From a virus, in the IMG/VR virus record IMGVR_UViG_3300032050_009888, positions 12,428 through 76,427 of that record: a DNA stretch of 64,000 bases; one strand, 5' to 3'. Below are positions 40,578 through 50,852 of the stretch, one piece after another. The position numbers were made by a program, and so were the translations under genes. The notes below the pieces were generated by a model. That model searched no databases, had not been told where the DNA came from, and saw only the letters and a list, made by a program, of their open reading frames with translations. Position 1 is the first letter of the stretch; each line of letters begins with the position of its first letter.

Positions 40578-41855
40578 ATGTTTTATATAGTAGAAACTTC
40601 TGAACAGTTAGATGAATTTTTCAATATAGGATACGATAAAGTATTTATCGAACCAATATTATTTAATGATAATATTCACCCTGCTCTAAACCATATATCT
40701 TCACTTTATATAAAACCCTTAAACAACGATAAAGGATATATTTTATGTCTTAATCATACTGAGGCATTAAGGTTGAATAAAACGCCTATATCACATTTAT
40801 TAGCGTCATTTAAGGAAATATATGTACGTGATCGTAAGTCATTTATATACTTTTTCCCATTAAAAAATACTATTGATATTTCATTTTATGCTCCTGAGTA
40901 TCAAGAACCAACTACATCTGCTCATGATTTTTTCTATCAAAAGCATGGTGATAAAGAAAATATAAACACTATCATACCATTAGTTAAACATTATGAAAAA
41001 TGTGAATTAATTTATAATAAAATTAAAGATTATTGTTTAATAGATAATGTTAAATTTAATAATAAATTAACTAGTGTGTTTTTTGCAATTGAAAGAAACG
41101 GTATTAAAATAAATAAAAAAACATTTGATAAATATTTTGAACTAAACAATGAAAAATTTAACATTCAAGACGATACAATTTATACACAGTATAACTTATA
41201 TACTACAACCGGAAGGCCTTCCAATAGTTTTAATAGTCTCAATTTTGCCGCGTTAGCAAAAGATAATGGATGTAGAAAATCATTCATACCTGAAAATGAT
41301 AAATTTATTGAAATAGATATAAGTGCTTATCATCCAACATTAGCGGCTCAACTTATAGGATATGATTTTGGAGATGAAACGCCTTATGAATATTTTGCTA
41401 GAGAAGCAGGTATAGAGGTAAGTGAAGCAAAAATATTAATGTTTAGACAATTATATGGTGGAGTTTATAATGAATACAAACATATAGACTTTTTTCAATT
41501 AATCGAAGAACACGTTAACTTATTATGGACAGAATATATTACTAACAAATATATAATATGCCCAATATCAGGACATAAATTATCAAGTGATATTAAAGAT
41601 ATTAACCCTCAAAAATTATTCAACTACACACTTCAAAATTTGGAGACTTCAACTAATGTTTGTATCGTGTGGGAAATTATAAAATTATTAAAAAATAAAA
41701 AAACAAAAATTGTATTATATACCTATGATTCAATTCTATTAGATTATTATGAAGATGATAATATTTTAGAACAAATTAAAGATGTGTTTAAAAAATATAA
41801 ATTAAAAATTAAACTAACAAAAGGTGATAACTACGATAAAATGACAAAAATGTAA
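40578..41855 (+). CDS. Compact family A DNA polymerase-like protein
   Basis: TTTGRPSN; motif A EIDISAYHP; motif B AKILMFRQLYG; NYTLQNLE; motif C YTYDS. Confidence 0.8.
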   Translation: MFYIVETSEQLDEFFNIGYDKVFIEPILFNDNIHPALNHISSLYIKPLNNDKGYILCLNHTEALRLNKTPISHLLASFKEIYVRDRKSFIYFFPLKNTIDISFYAPEYQEPTTSAHDFFYQKHGDKENINTIIPLVKHYEKCELIYNKIKDYCLIDNVKFNNKLTSVFFAIERNGIKINKKTFDKYFELNNEKFNIQDDTIYTQYNLYTTTGRPSNSFNSLNFAALAKDNGCRKSFIPENDKFIEIDISAYHPTLAAQLIGYDFGDETPYEYFAREAGIEVSEAKILMFRQLYGGVYNEYKHIDFFQLIEEHVNLLWTEYITNKYIICPISGHKLSSDIKDINPQKLFNYTLQNLETSTNVCIVWEIIKLLKNKKTKIVLYTYDSILLDYYEDDNILEQIKDVFKKYKLKIKLTKGDNYDKMTKM

Positions 41856-41860
41856 TAACT

Positions 41861-42319
41861 ATGGAAAGAATCGCGTTTGACCCCTCAGTTGATATTTATA
41901 ACCAGTATGACTTTACAACTGACGGTGACTTTATGAATAACAGATTATTCGCTACTTTTACGCAACTTGACGCAATTGAAAACTTAATAGATGATCTTTC
42001 ATCTTCCTATGATATAATGTATAATAAAATGTTTGTGCTGTTTGTTAAAAGCACAAATGAATACGTTATTACATATAATGTAGATCAAGGCAATGTCAAC
42101 TCAATTCCAGTAAATACTATTTTAGTTCATCGTAAGAAAGAATCAAATACGTTATATACTATAAATGCTCTTAATGATTTAATTAAAAAACTAAATGGTG
42201 GAGCAGTTGATCCAAATTTTAAAATAAATTGGCAACATTATAAAAATTGTATTTTACTTACTCAACATGGAGAGGTAAAACAGTTAAACACAAAAATATA
42301 TAAGATTGTAGATCTTTAA
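41861..42319 (+). CDS. Hypothetical phage protein (true start possibly 41933)
   Basis: NTILVHRKKESNTLYTINALN; the late motif at 41892 lies inside the annotated N-terminus. Confidence 0.65.
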   Translation: MERIAFDPSVDIYNQYDFTTDGDFMNNRLFATFTQLDAIENLIDDLSSSYDIMYNKMFVLFVKSTNEYVITYNVDQGNVNSIPVNTILVHRKKESNTLYTINALNDLIKKLNGGAVDPNFKINWQHYKNCILLTQHGEVKQLNTKIYKIVDL

Positions 42320-42457
42320 TATTTATTATAGACCATAATTCATTACTTATTCACACTGCGTAACTAATAAGGCGGTAGAAAGAGCTTTAAGACTCTGTTT
42401 GGCCTTCAAAAATAAAAGCAGTATATTATAAAATAGTAAACTTAAAATTTATATAAA

Positions 42458-43336
42458 ATGGACTTAAAAAGTATTAAAAACAAATTAAATGCCTTACAAA
42501 CACAAGGGCAAAAGAAAGAAAAGGTAGATTATTCAAAGTACCTATGGAAGCCAAAACAAGAAGGCAAGTATCAAATCAGAATTGTTCCATCTAAATTAGA
42601 CAAAAACAATCCGTTTAAAGAAGTATTTGTACATTACGGTTTTTCAAAATTTCCTATCTACGCTTTAACTAACTGGGGTGAAAAAGATCCAATCGTAGAA
42701 TTTGCAAAACAACTTAAGCAAACTAATGACAAAGAAAATTGGAAACTATCTAAAAAGTTAGAACCAAAAATGAGGGTATTTGCTCCTGTAATTGTTAGGG
42801 GTGAAGAAGACAAAGGTGTTCGTATGTGGGAGTTTGGTAAAGAAATTTACATGCAACTACTAGGAATTGCTGATGATGAAGATTATGGTGATTACACTGA
42901 CATTAGTGAAGGTCGTGATTTTACTTTAGAAGCAGTTATGGGTGATATTGGTGGTCGTCAAGGTTTAAAAACATCAATTCGTATTAAGCCAAAAACATCT
43001 CCTTTAAGTACTGATAAGAAGGAAATTGAAAAGTTTCTAACTGAACAACCTAATATTTTAGAATTACAGCGTAAAACTGAATTCGATAAATTAAAGGAAA
43101 TTCTTCAAAATTGGTTAAACCCAGAAGACGCTACTGATACTGAAACTGAAACTGAAACTGAAGAAGAAGAGGAAGTAGAAGAAACAAAACCAGTTAGTAA
43201 AGGTGATCTACCTTGGGAAGATGAAGATGAAGATGAAGAAGAGGTAGAAGTTAAAAAACCTGCTAAAAATTACGAATTAAAGACCACTAAAAAGTCTAAA
43301 GCAGATAAGTTCGACGAATTATTTGACGAAGACTAA
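42458..43336 (+). CDS. Single-stranded DNA-binding protein (gp32-like)
   Basis: LWKP...IRIVP...HY...DPI...WEFGK...GRDF; acidic tail ending FDELFDED. Confidence 0.85.
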   Translation: MDLKSIKNKLNALQTQGQKKEKVDYSKYLWKPKQEGKYQIRIVPSKLDKNNPFKEVFVHYGFSKFPIYALTNWGEKDPIVEFAKQLKQTNDKENWKLSKKLEPKMRVFAPVIVRGEEDKGVRMWEFGKEIYMQLLGIADDEDYGDYTDISEGRDFTLEAVMGDIGGRQGLKTSIRIKPKTSPLSTDKKEIEKFLTEQPNILELQRKTEFDKLKEILQNWLNPEDATDTETETETEEEEEVEETKPVSKGDLPWEDEDEDEEEVEVKKPAKNYELKTTKKSKADKFDELFDED

Positions 43337-43348
43337 AATTAACAAGTT

Positions 43349-44443
43349 ATGGCTAAAAAATCAACTTCGCTAACCGAAGCGGTTAGTGCTCAATTAAAAT
43401 CTAGTTTTGATTTAGATAAATTTAAAGAGAAAAAATCTTTAAATAACAAAGTGAAATTCAAAGATCAGAAGTGGATTCCATTTTCTGATGCGTTGCAAAA
43501 AGCACTTTCATTACCCGGGATTCCTATGGGTCACATAACTATGGTTCGAGGTAAAAGTAATACTGGAAAGTCTACTACTTCTATCGAAGCTATAGTTAGT
43601 GCCCAAAAGATGGGTGTTTTACCTATTTTAATGATCACAGAAATGAAACATGACTGGGAACATTTTAAACAAATGGGTTTTCAAATGGATGAAGTAAAAG
43701 ATGAAGACGGTAATGTTATTAATTATGACGGATTCTTTATTTACCGAGATAGAAGTACTTTAAATTCAATTGAGGAAATAGCAGTGTTTATGGCTGATTT
43801 GATTGATGAACAGTCTAAAGGAAACTTACCATATGATTTATTATTTGTATGGGACTCAGTAGGTTCAATACCATGTCAAATGAGTATAGAACAAGGTAAA
43901 AATAATCCAATGTGGAATGCAGGAGCAATTGCAACTCAATTTGGTAATTTTATTAATCAAAAGATTGTATTATCAAGGAAAGAAGAACAACCATATACAA
44001 ATACATTCTTGATTATCAATAAAACAGGAGTAGCACCAGCTGAAGGTCCTATGGCTAGACCTAGGATGACTAATAAAGGTGGTGATACATTCTTTTATGA
44101 TGCTTCATTAGTACTTACTTTTGGTAATGTGACTAATAGTGGTACATCAAAGATTAAAGCTGTTAAAGATAAAAAAGAAGTAGAATTTGCATTACGTACT
44201 AAAATTTCTTGTGATAAAAATCACGTTAATGGAATCACAACTAAAGGAACAATTGTAAGTACAGTTCATGGTTTTATTGAAGACTCTCCTAACGCGATCA
44301 CCAAGTATAAAAAAGATCATTCAAATGAATGGTTAGATATATTAGGTAAAGGTGAAGCTAAAATAACTGAGGATAACTCAGATTGGGAAGAAAAGAAAAA
44401 TGTTAATGACATTGTTGATTTTGAAGACGAGGTAAACGATTAA
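43349..44443 (+). CDS. recA: RecA/UvsX-like recombinase
   Basis: Walker A GKSNTGKST, WDSVGS, KGG, DKNH. Confidence 0.85.
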   Translation: MAKKSTSLTEAVSAQLKSSFDLDKFKEKKSLNNKVKFKDQKWIPFSDALQKALSLPGIPMGHITMVRGKSNTGKSTTSIEAIVSAQKMGVLPILMITEMKHDWEHFKQMGFQMDEVKDEDGNVINYDGFFIYRDRSTLNSIEEIAVFMADLIDEQSKGNLPYDLLFVWDSVGSIPCQMSIEQGKNNPMWNAGAIATQFGNFINQKIVLSRKEEQPYTNTFLIINKTGVAPAEGPMARPRMTNKGGDTFFYDASLVLTFGNVTNSGTSKIKAVKDKKEVEFALRTKISCDKNHVNGITTKGTIVSTVHGFIEDSPNAITKYKKDHSNEWLDILGKGEAKITEDNSDWEEKKNVNDIVDFEDEVND

Positions 44444-45498
44444 TGAATAACAAAGACTTACTTAAACTTCTGGATGGTATTCATGAAGATGAGAGAACAA
44501 TCCTTAAGGATGAAAATAGAGTTCTAATTATAGATGGTTTAAATTTATTTTTAAGAAACTTTGCTGTACTTAACTATATCAATCAACAAGGTACTCATGT
44601 TGGAGGTTTAGGTGGTTTTATACGTTCATTAGGTTCATTAGTTAAACAGATTCAACCTACTGCTGTTTATGTAGTATTCGATGGAATAGGCTCTTCCTTA
44701 AATAGGAAGAGTCTTATTCCTGAATACAAATCAGGTAGAAATGTAAATCGTATTAATGCTAATATATTTGATCATTTAGATGATGAAAATGAATCTAAAG
44801 CAGATCAAATAGGAAGACTAATACAATATCTAAGATGTTTACCTATTAAAATTTTATCTATAGATAAAGTTGAAGCAGATGACATTATAGCTTTTTTAAG
44901 TGTTGAAATGACTAAAAATGAAAAAACAAAAGCATTTATAGTATCTTCAGATAAAGATTTTCTACAATTAGTAGATGATCGAATCACAGTTTATAGTGCT
45001 ATTGAAAAGGAATTTTACACACCTAAAAAAGTAAAAGAAAAATATGGCATTGAACCCCATAACTTCTTAACATATAAAGTATTGATGGGTGATAACTCAG
45101 ATAAAATACCAGGTATAAAAGGGTTAGGTCCTAAAAAATTACCTAAAATGTTCCCTCAGTTATTTGAAGAAAAATTATATACATTAGATGATGTTTTTAA
45201 AATGTCTGAGGACAACTATAAAAACCATGATGTCTATTGTAAGGTTATAATGGATTTTGATAAATTAAAGGATAGTAAAAAAGTTATGGATTTAGGTAAT
45301 CCTATTTTAGATGACAAAGAAAAAGAGTTTATATTAGATATTGTTAAAAGCTTGGCTTTTAAATTAAATATACCTAAATTTATCGAGTTATATAATCAAG
45401 ATGGATTAGGTAATATTTTAAAGAATATAGAATATTGGCTTAGAGACAATTGGAATATAATTGATAGATATAATAAAGCAAAGCAAAATAAGTTATGA
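44443..45498 (+). CDS. 5'-3' exonuclease (Pol I 5' nuclease/T4 RNase H-like)
   Basis: IIDGLN, VFDG, YKSGR, EADD, SSDKDFLQ, GDNSDKIPGIKGLG. Confidence 0.92.
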   Translation: MNNKDLLKLLDGIHEDERTILKDENRVLIIDGLNLFLRNFAVLNYINQQGTHVGGLGGFIRSLGSLVKQIQPTAVYVVFDGIGSSLNRKSLIPEYKSGRNVNRINANIFDHLDDENESKADQIGRLIQYLRCLPIKILSIDKVEADDIIAFLSVEMTKNEKTKAFIVSSDKDFLQLVDDRITVYSAIEKEFYTPKKVKEKYGIEPHNFLTYKVLMGDNSDKIPGIKGLGPKKLPKMFPQLFEEKLYTLDDVFKMSEDNYKNHDVYCKVIMDFDKLKDSKKVMDLGNPILDDKEKEFILDIVKSLAFKLNIPKFIELYNQDGLGNILKNIEYWLRDNWNIIDRYNKAKQNKL

Positions 45499-46871
45499 CA
45501 TTAAGTAGTTTAGAAAATTATGGAATCGGATTCCAAACAAAGGTTATATCTGCTTTATTAACTGATAAACCATTCTTACAGAATGTGAATGACGTTTTAA
45601 CAGATGAATATTTTAGTAACAGTGCACACAAATGGATAGTAAATGAGGTAATAAAATATTACATTAAATACCATACCAATCCAACTATGGATGTTCTTAA
45701 AGTAGAAATGAAAAAACTTGAAAATGAAGTACTTCAAGTATCTATTAAAGAACAATTAAAAGAAGCATATAGGTCATCTGATGAAAGTGATTTGACTTAT
45801 GTAAAGCAAGAATTTACTAATTTTTGTAAAAATCAACAACTAAAAAAAGCGCTTTTAAATTCAGTTGATTTATTAAAAGCAGGTGACTATGATTCAATTA
45901 GGCTGCTAGTTGATAGCGCTTTACGCTCAGGTCAGGACAAAAATATTGGCCATGAGTATAATAAAGATACTGAGTCAAGGTATCGTGAAGAAGAACGTGT
46001 GCCTATTCCAACACCTTGGAATGAAATTAATGCTTTACTACAGGGTGGATTAGGCGAAGGAGATTTTGGACTTATATTCGGTAATCCAGGTGGTGGTAAA
46101 AGTTGGAGTTTAGTAGCGTTAGGCGCATACGCTGTGACAGCGGGTTTTAATGTTATACATTATACATTAGAGTTAGGTGAAAGTTATGTTGGAAGACGAT
46201 ATGACTCTTATTTCACACAAATACCTGTGAACAAAATTATTAAACATAAAGATAAAGTAGGAGAAGTAACATCAGAATTACCCGGAGAATTAATTATTAA
46301 AGAATATCCAATGGGTAAAGCATCAATGAGTACTATTGAATCTCATATTAAGAAATGTATAGATTTAGATTTCAAACCAGATTTAATTATTATTGACTAT
46401 GTTGATCTTTTATCATCTAGAAGAAAAAATAAGGAACGGAAGGAAGAAATAGATGATATTTATACAAGTACTAAAGGTTTAGCTCGTGAACTTAAATTAC
46501 CTATTTGGAGTGTATCACAAGTAAATAGAGCAGGTGCTAAAGATAGTATTATTGAAGGTGATAAAGCCGCCGGTTCTTATGATAAAATGATGATTGCTGA
46601 TTTCGCAATATCTTTATCAAGACAAAAGAAAGATAAAGTTAATGGAACAGGTAGGTTCCATATCATGAAAAACAGATATGGAATGGACGGTATGACCTTT
46701 AACGCTAAAGTAGATACATCTACTGGACATATTGATATATTGAATGAAATGAGTGAAGATGAAGAAGAAATGGAAATTAAGAGTACTAAAAAAATAAGTG
46801 GAACTGATTTTGATAGTTTAGATAGAGAATATTTAGCAAAACAATTTTTTGAATTAAGCAATAACACCTAA
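45495..46871 (+). CDS. dnaB: Replicative helicase (DnaB/gp41-like)
   Basis: GNPGGGKS, TLEL, IIIDYVD, SQVNR, KNRYG. Confidence 0.92.
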   Translation: MTLSSLENYGIGFQTKVISALLTDKPFLQNVNDVLTDEYFSNSAHKWIVNEVIKYYIKYHTNPTMDVLKVEMKKLENEVLQVSIKEQLKEAYRSSDESDLTYVKQEFTNFCKNQQLKKALLNSVDLLKAGDYDSIRLLVDSALRSGQDKNIGHEYNKDTESRYREEERVPIPTPWNEINALLQGGLGEGDFGLIFGNPGGGKSWSLVALGAYAVTAGFNVIHYTLELGESYVGRRYDSYFTQIPVNKIIKHKDKVGEVTSELPGELIIKEYPMGKASMSTIESHIKKCIDLDFKPDLIIIDYVDLLSSRRKNKERKEEIDDIYTSTKGLARELKLPIWSVSQVNRAGAKDSIIEGDKAAGSYDKMMIADFAISLSRQKKDKVNGTGRFHIMKNRYGMDGMTFNAKVDTSTGHIDILNEMSEDEEEMEIKSTKKISGTDFDSLDREYLAKQFFELSNNT

Positions 46872-46872
46872 T

Positions 46873-47823
46873 ATGATTACTGAACCAAGAATTTATTATA
46901 AACCATTTGAATATCAAGATGCGTTTGATTTCTATAAAAATCAACATCGAGCACACTGGCTAGCAGACGAAGTACCTTTAGCATCAGATTTAAATGATTG
47001 GAAACTAAAATTAGATGAATCTGAAAAGAATTTAATAGGAAACATCTTAAAATCATTTGCTCAAACTGAGGTACACGTTAACGATTACTGGTCAACAAAA
47101 GTATCAGTTTGGTTTCCTAAACCTGAAATACAAGCAATGGCTCGTGTATTTGCTGATTTTGAAAGTATTCATGCTGAAGCATATGCTCGATTAAATGAAG
47201 AATTAGGTTTAGATGACTTTAAAGCATTTATGGAAGATGAAGTATCCAAAGCCAAAATTGATCGTTTAATTGAAGTACCAGGTGAAACATTAGAAGAAAG
47301 AGCATTATCATTAGCTATATTCTCAGCATTCACTGAAGGTGTAAATTTATTCTCTTCGTTTGCTGTATTAATGAGTTTCCAATTAAGAAACTTAATGAAA
47401 GGTACAGGTCAAATAGTTGAATGGAGTGTTCGAGATGAAAGTTTACATTCAAAAGCAGGATGTTGGTTGTATAGAACATTACTTAAAGAATGTCCTGAAT
47501 TAGATACTCCTGAAATGAGAAATAGAATTGTTGAGGCTTGTGAATTGTCTGTTCAATTAGAATTTGATTTTATTGAAAAGGCTTTTGAAATGGGTAATAT
47601 AGAAGGCTTAAATAAAGAACAATTAAAAGCATTTATTAAAGCAAGAGCAAATGAAAAAATAATAGAATTAGGATACTCAGCAATTTATAATGATATTGAT
47701 CCTAATTTAGTTAAACAAATGGAATGGTTTGGACATTTAACAAGTGGTAAAACACATCAAGACTTTTTTGCAGGTCGTGTTACTAGTTATGCTAAATCAA
47801 CAGCAGATTGGAATGATTTATAA
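46873..47823 (+). CDS. nrdB: Ribonucleotide reductase class Ia beta subunit
   Basis: ESIHAEAY, TEGVNLFSSF, RDESLH, DFF...Y. Confidence 0.95.
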   Translation: MITEPRIYYKPFEYQDAFDFYKNQHRAHWLADEVPLASDLNDWKLKLDESEKNLIGNILKSFAQTEVHVNDYWSTKVSVWFPKPEIQAMARVFADFESIHAEAYARLNEELGLDDFKAFMEDEVSKAKIDRLIEVPGETLEERALSLAIFSAFTEGVNLFSSFAVLMSFQLRNLMKGTGQIVEWSVRDESLHSKAGCWLYRTLLKECPELDTPEMRNRIVEACELSVQLEFDFIEKAFEMGNIEGLNKEQLKAFIKARANEKIIELGYSAIYNDIDPNLVKQMEWFGHLTSGKTHQDFFAGRVTSYAKSTADWNDL

Positions 47824-47834
47824 AATATAAAGTT

Positions 47835-48098
47835 ATGGCATTAAAAGGACAATCAATTAGAAATGGAGTTACTATACTAATGAATGGTAAAGTAGCTCAA
47901 AAACAAGAAGTAATAGAATTAAGTAACACTTGGACTAACAATCAAGAAACTTTATTTAAAAAAGCCCTTAAACAAGGGGGAGAACTAACAATTAATAAAG
48001 TACACTTTAAAATTATAGCCCAAGAAACTATTCTAAATTCAAAAGGAGAAAAAGACCCAGGTGTGATTCAAGTACCAGGAGCAGATTTAAGATTTTAA
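47835..48098 (+). CDS. Hypothetical protein between nrdB and nrdA
   Basis: Clean ORF filling the gap, with AAGTTATG start context. Confidence 0.6.
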   Translation: MALKGQSIRNGVTILMNGKVAQKQEVIELSNTWTNNQETLFKKALKQGGELTINKVHFKIIAQETILNSKGEKDPGVIQVPGADLRF

Positions 48099-48108
48099 TA
48101 ACTAAAAA

Positions 48109-49833
48109 ATGAGCATTCAAGTAGATACAAGTATGTGGGTGAAAAATAAGAATTATCCTGATTGGATGGATGATATAGCTGTTAGTATGATTTCAAAAGG
48201 ATATTTACTACCAGATGAAGATGTGTTTGACGCATTTAAAAGAGTAAGTAAAGCAGCCGCTAGAAGACTAAAGCGTAAAGATTTACAACCTTATTTTTAT
48301 GAGGCAATAGTTAAAAACTGGCTATGTTTAGCTTCACCTGTTTTATCAAATATGGGAACAGAAAGAGGAATGCCTATATCATGTTTTGGAATTGATGTAG
48401 GTGACTCAATTGAAGGTATAGCTGATGCTAACTCAGAACTAATGAGATTATCTTCTCAAGGTGGAGGAGTTGGTATTGGAGTATCTCGTATTAGAGGTAG
48501 AGGAAAATCTATTCGTGATAATGGTGTTAGTGAAGGAGTAGTTCCTTGGTGTAAAATTTATGACTCAACTATTTTAGCTACTAATCAAGGCTCAGTTAGA
48601 AGGGGAGCAGCATCTGTTAATTTAAATATTAACCATCCTGATATTGAAGAATTTTTACAAATTCGTAGGCCTAAAGGAGATGTTAATCGTCAATGTTTGA
48701 ATCTTCATCAATGTGTAGTTGTTGATGATGTTTTTATGACTAAACTAGAAAATAAAGACGAAAAAGCATTAAAACTATGGGGTGAAATTCTTAAAACACG
48801 TCTTGAAACAGGTGAACCTTATATTATGTTTGAGGATAATATGAATAATCAAAATCCTGAAGCGTATAAAAGGAATAACTTAAAAGTTTCAATGACTAAT
48901 ATTTGTAGTGAAATTTCACTTTACACAGATGAATTACACTCATTTATTTGTTGTTTATCCTCACTTAACTTAGCCCGTTGGGATGAATGGAAGGATTATA
49001 AGTTTGATAATGGAATGACATTACCTGAACTTGCTTGTTGGTTTTTAGAAGGTGCACTTCAAGAATTTATTGATAGAGCTAAAAACATCAAGTTTATGGA
49101 AAACACAGTTCGCTCAGCTACTAAAGGTAGAGCAATTGGAATTGGTGTTTTAGGATGGCACACTTATTTACAATCAAAAGGATTACCGTTTGTAGGTATT
49201 CAAGCAAGTGCTCATACAAGAATTATCTCAGAATTTATTTATAAAGAAGCTTTAAAAGCAAGTAAAGCACAAGCTGAACTTTATGGTGAACCAGAATGGT
49301 GTAAAGGAACAGGTTTAAGACATACTCACCATATTGCAATTGCTCCTACAGTATCAAACGCTCACATTTCAGGAGGTGTATCACCTTCAATTGAGCCTAT
49401 TCCTGCTAATGTTTATAATTTAAAAACAGCGAAAGGAGTATTTATTAAACGCAATAGAATTCTTGAAGAATTACTTGAGAAAAAAGGATATAATATTGAT
49501 AGTGTTTGGGATCAAATCCTAAAAGATCAAGGATCAGTTTTTAATATTCCTGATTATATTTTAAGTGAAGAAGAAAAAGAAGTATTTTTAACATTTAAAG
49601 AGATTAATCAATTAGAAATTGTTCGTCAAAATGCTATTCGCCAAAAACATGTTGATCAAGCTATCTCATTAAACTTATGTTTTGATCCAAATGATACTCC
49701 AAAATGGATATCTCAAGTACATAAAGAAGCTCATAAGTTAGGAATTAAAACTTTATATTATTTAAGAACAGAAAGCGTTCTAAGAGGAGATAATTTACAA
49801 AGACTCTCAGAATGTATATCATGTGAAGGTTAA
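48109..49833 (+). CDS. nrdA: Ribonucleotide reductase class Ia alpha subunit (short, no evident ATP cone)
   Basis: PISCF, QGGGVG, RRGA, TNICSEI, APTVS, KTLYYLR, C-terminal CISCEG. Confidence 0.95.
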   Translation: MSIQVDTSMWVKNKNYPDWMDDIAVSMISKGYLLPDEDVFDAFKRVSKAAARRLKRKDLQPYFYEAIVKNWLCLASPVLSNMGTERGMPISCFGIDVGDSIEGIADANSELMRLSSQGGGVGIGVSRIRGRGKSIRDNGVSEGVVPWCKIYDSTILATNQGSVRRGAASVNLNINHPDIEEFLQIRRPKGDVNRQCLNLHQCVVVDDVFMTKLENKDEKALKLWGEILKTRLETGEPYIMFEDNMNNQNPEAYKRNNLKVSMTNICSEISLYTDELHSFICCLSSLNLARWDEWKDYKFDNGMTLPELACWFLEGALQEFIDRAKNIKFMENTVRSATKGRAIGIGVLGWHTYLQSKGLPFVGIQASAHTRIISEFIYKEALKASKAQAELYGEPEWCKGTGLRHTHHIAIAPTVSNAHISGGVSPSIEPIPANVYNLKTAKGVFIKRNRILEELLEKKGYNIDSVWDQILKDQGSVFNIPDYILSEEEKEVFLTFKEINQLEIVRQNAIRQKHVDQAISLNLCFDPNDTPKWISQVHKEAHKLGIKTLYYLRTESVLRGDNLQRLSECISCEG

Positions 49834-49834
49834 A

Positions 49835-50830
49835 ATGAAGAAATATATACTACCCATGCTGATAGCGCTCTCGGCCCTGGCCGTGAGTGCTACAGCTGCA
49901 TTTTACTCAGTTACTGGTTTATCAAAACTATTTGCTGGAGCAAGTTTAGCAGTTATTATTATGGCTTCTTCTTTAGAAGTAGCTAAATTAGTTATAGCCT
50001 CATTCCTATATCAATATTGGAAAGAGATAAATAAAGCTTTAAAAGTATATTTAACAATAGCTTTAGGAGTATTAATCATAATTACATCAGCAGGCATTTA
50101 TGGATTCTTATCTTCTGCTTATGAGGTAACTGCTTCTAAAAATACAGTTGTTGAAAAACAAATAGCAGCCTTAGAAACTAAAAAAGAGAATTATACTAAA
50201 ACCAGAGATGTCTATATTAAAGATAAAGACCAAATCTCTAAAAGTACATCAGATTTAAGAACTGCTCTATCAACAGGTACTATTACTCAATATAAAGATA
50301 AATCAGGCCAAATTATGAATGTGGCTAATACTGGTAATAGAAAAGCATTTGAAAAACAATTAGAAAGTACTGTTAAAGAAGAAGAAAAATTAACAACTAA
50401 AATTGATGTTTTAAATGATAGTATTTTAAGTTTAGATAATCAAATACTAGAAGCAGAATCAAATGCTGAGGTAGCAGCTGAATTAGGTCCATTAAAATAC
50501 CTAAGTAAAATATCTGGTATGTCAATGGATCTTATTATTAATTGGTTTATTTTAATTATTGTATTTGTGTTTGATCCATTAGCAATTAGTTTAGTTATAG
50601 CTGCTAATTTGGCCTTTAAAAAGCTTCAACACCTAGAACCAGAACAGAAACTAGCCATATATAATGAAAGACCAACTGAGGTACCCAAGGAACCTATGAT
50701 ACAATTAGATCCGAATCAGGCACCAGTTATGGCTCCTTCTGTTCCTCCTCCACCAGTGAATAAATCGTTTTTTAATTTTGTACCTCCTATTTTTAAAAGA
50801 AAAAATAATGATGAAATAAAGACTTACTAG
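49835..50830 (+). CDS. Membrane protein: three N-terminal TM helices, a coiled coil and a C-terminal TM pair
   Basis: Hydrophobic stretches; ELGPLKYL; VFDPLAI. The Met at 49835 is preferred over 49823. Confidence 0.7.
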   Translation: MKKYILPMLIALSALAVSATAAFYSVTGLSKLFAGASLAVIIMASSLEVAKLVIASFLYQYWKEINKALKVYLTIALGVLIIITSAGIYGFLSSAYEVTASKNTVVEKQIAALETKKENYTKTRDVYIKDKDQISKSTSDLRTALSTGTITQYKDKSGQIMNVANTGNRKAFEKQLESTVKEEEKLTTKIDVLNDSILSLDNQILEAESNAEVAAELGPLKYLSKISGMSMDLIINWFILIIVFVFDPLAISLVIAANLAFKKLQHLEPEQKLAIYNERPTEVPKEPMIQLDPNQAPVMAPSVPPPPVNKSFFNFVPPIFKRKNNDEIKTY

Positions 50831-50852
50831 GTTTGGCTTCTAAGAATTAAAT

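Noticed and set aside
43139-43245. (ACTGAA)n and GAAGAT runs in ssb
   Set aside because: They simply encode the acidic low-complexity SSB tail.
47835-48098. nrdI/nrdH or an endonuclease between nrdB and nrdA
   Set aside because: No flavodoxin, CxxC or nuclease motif.
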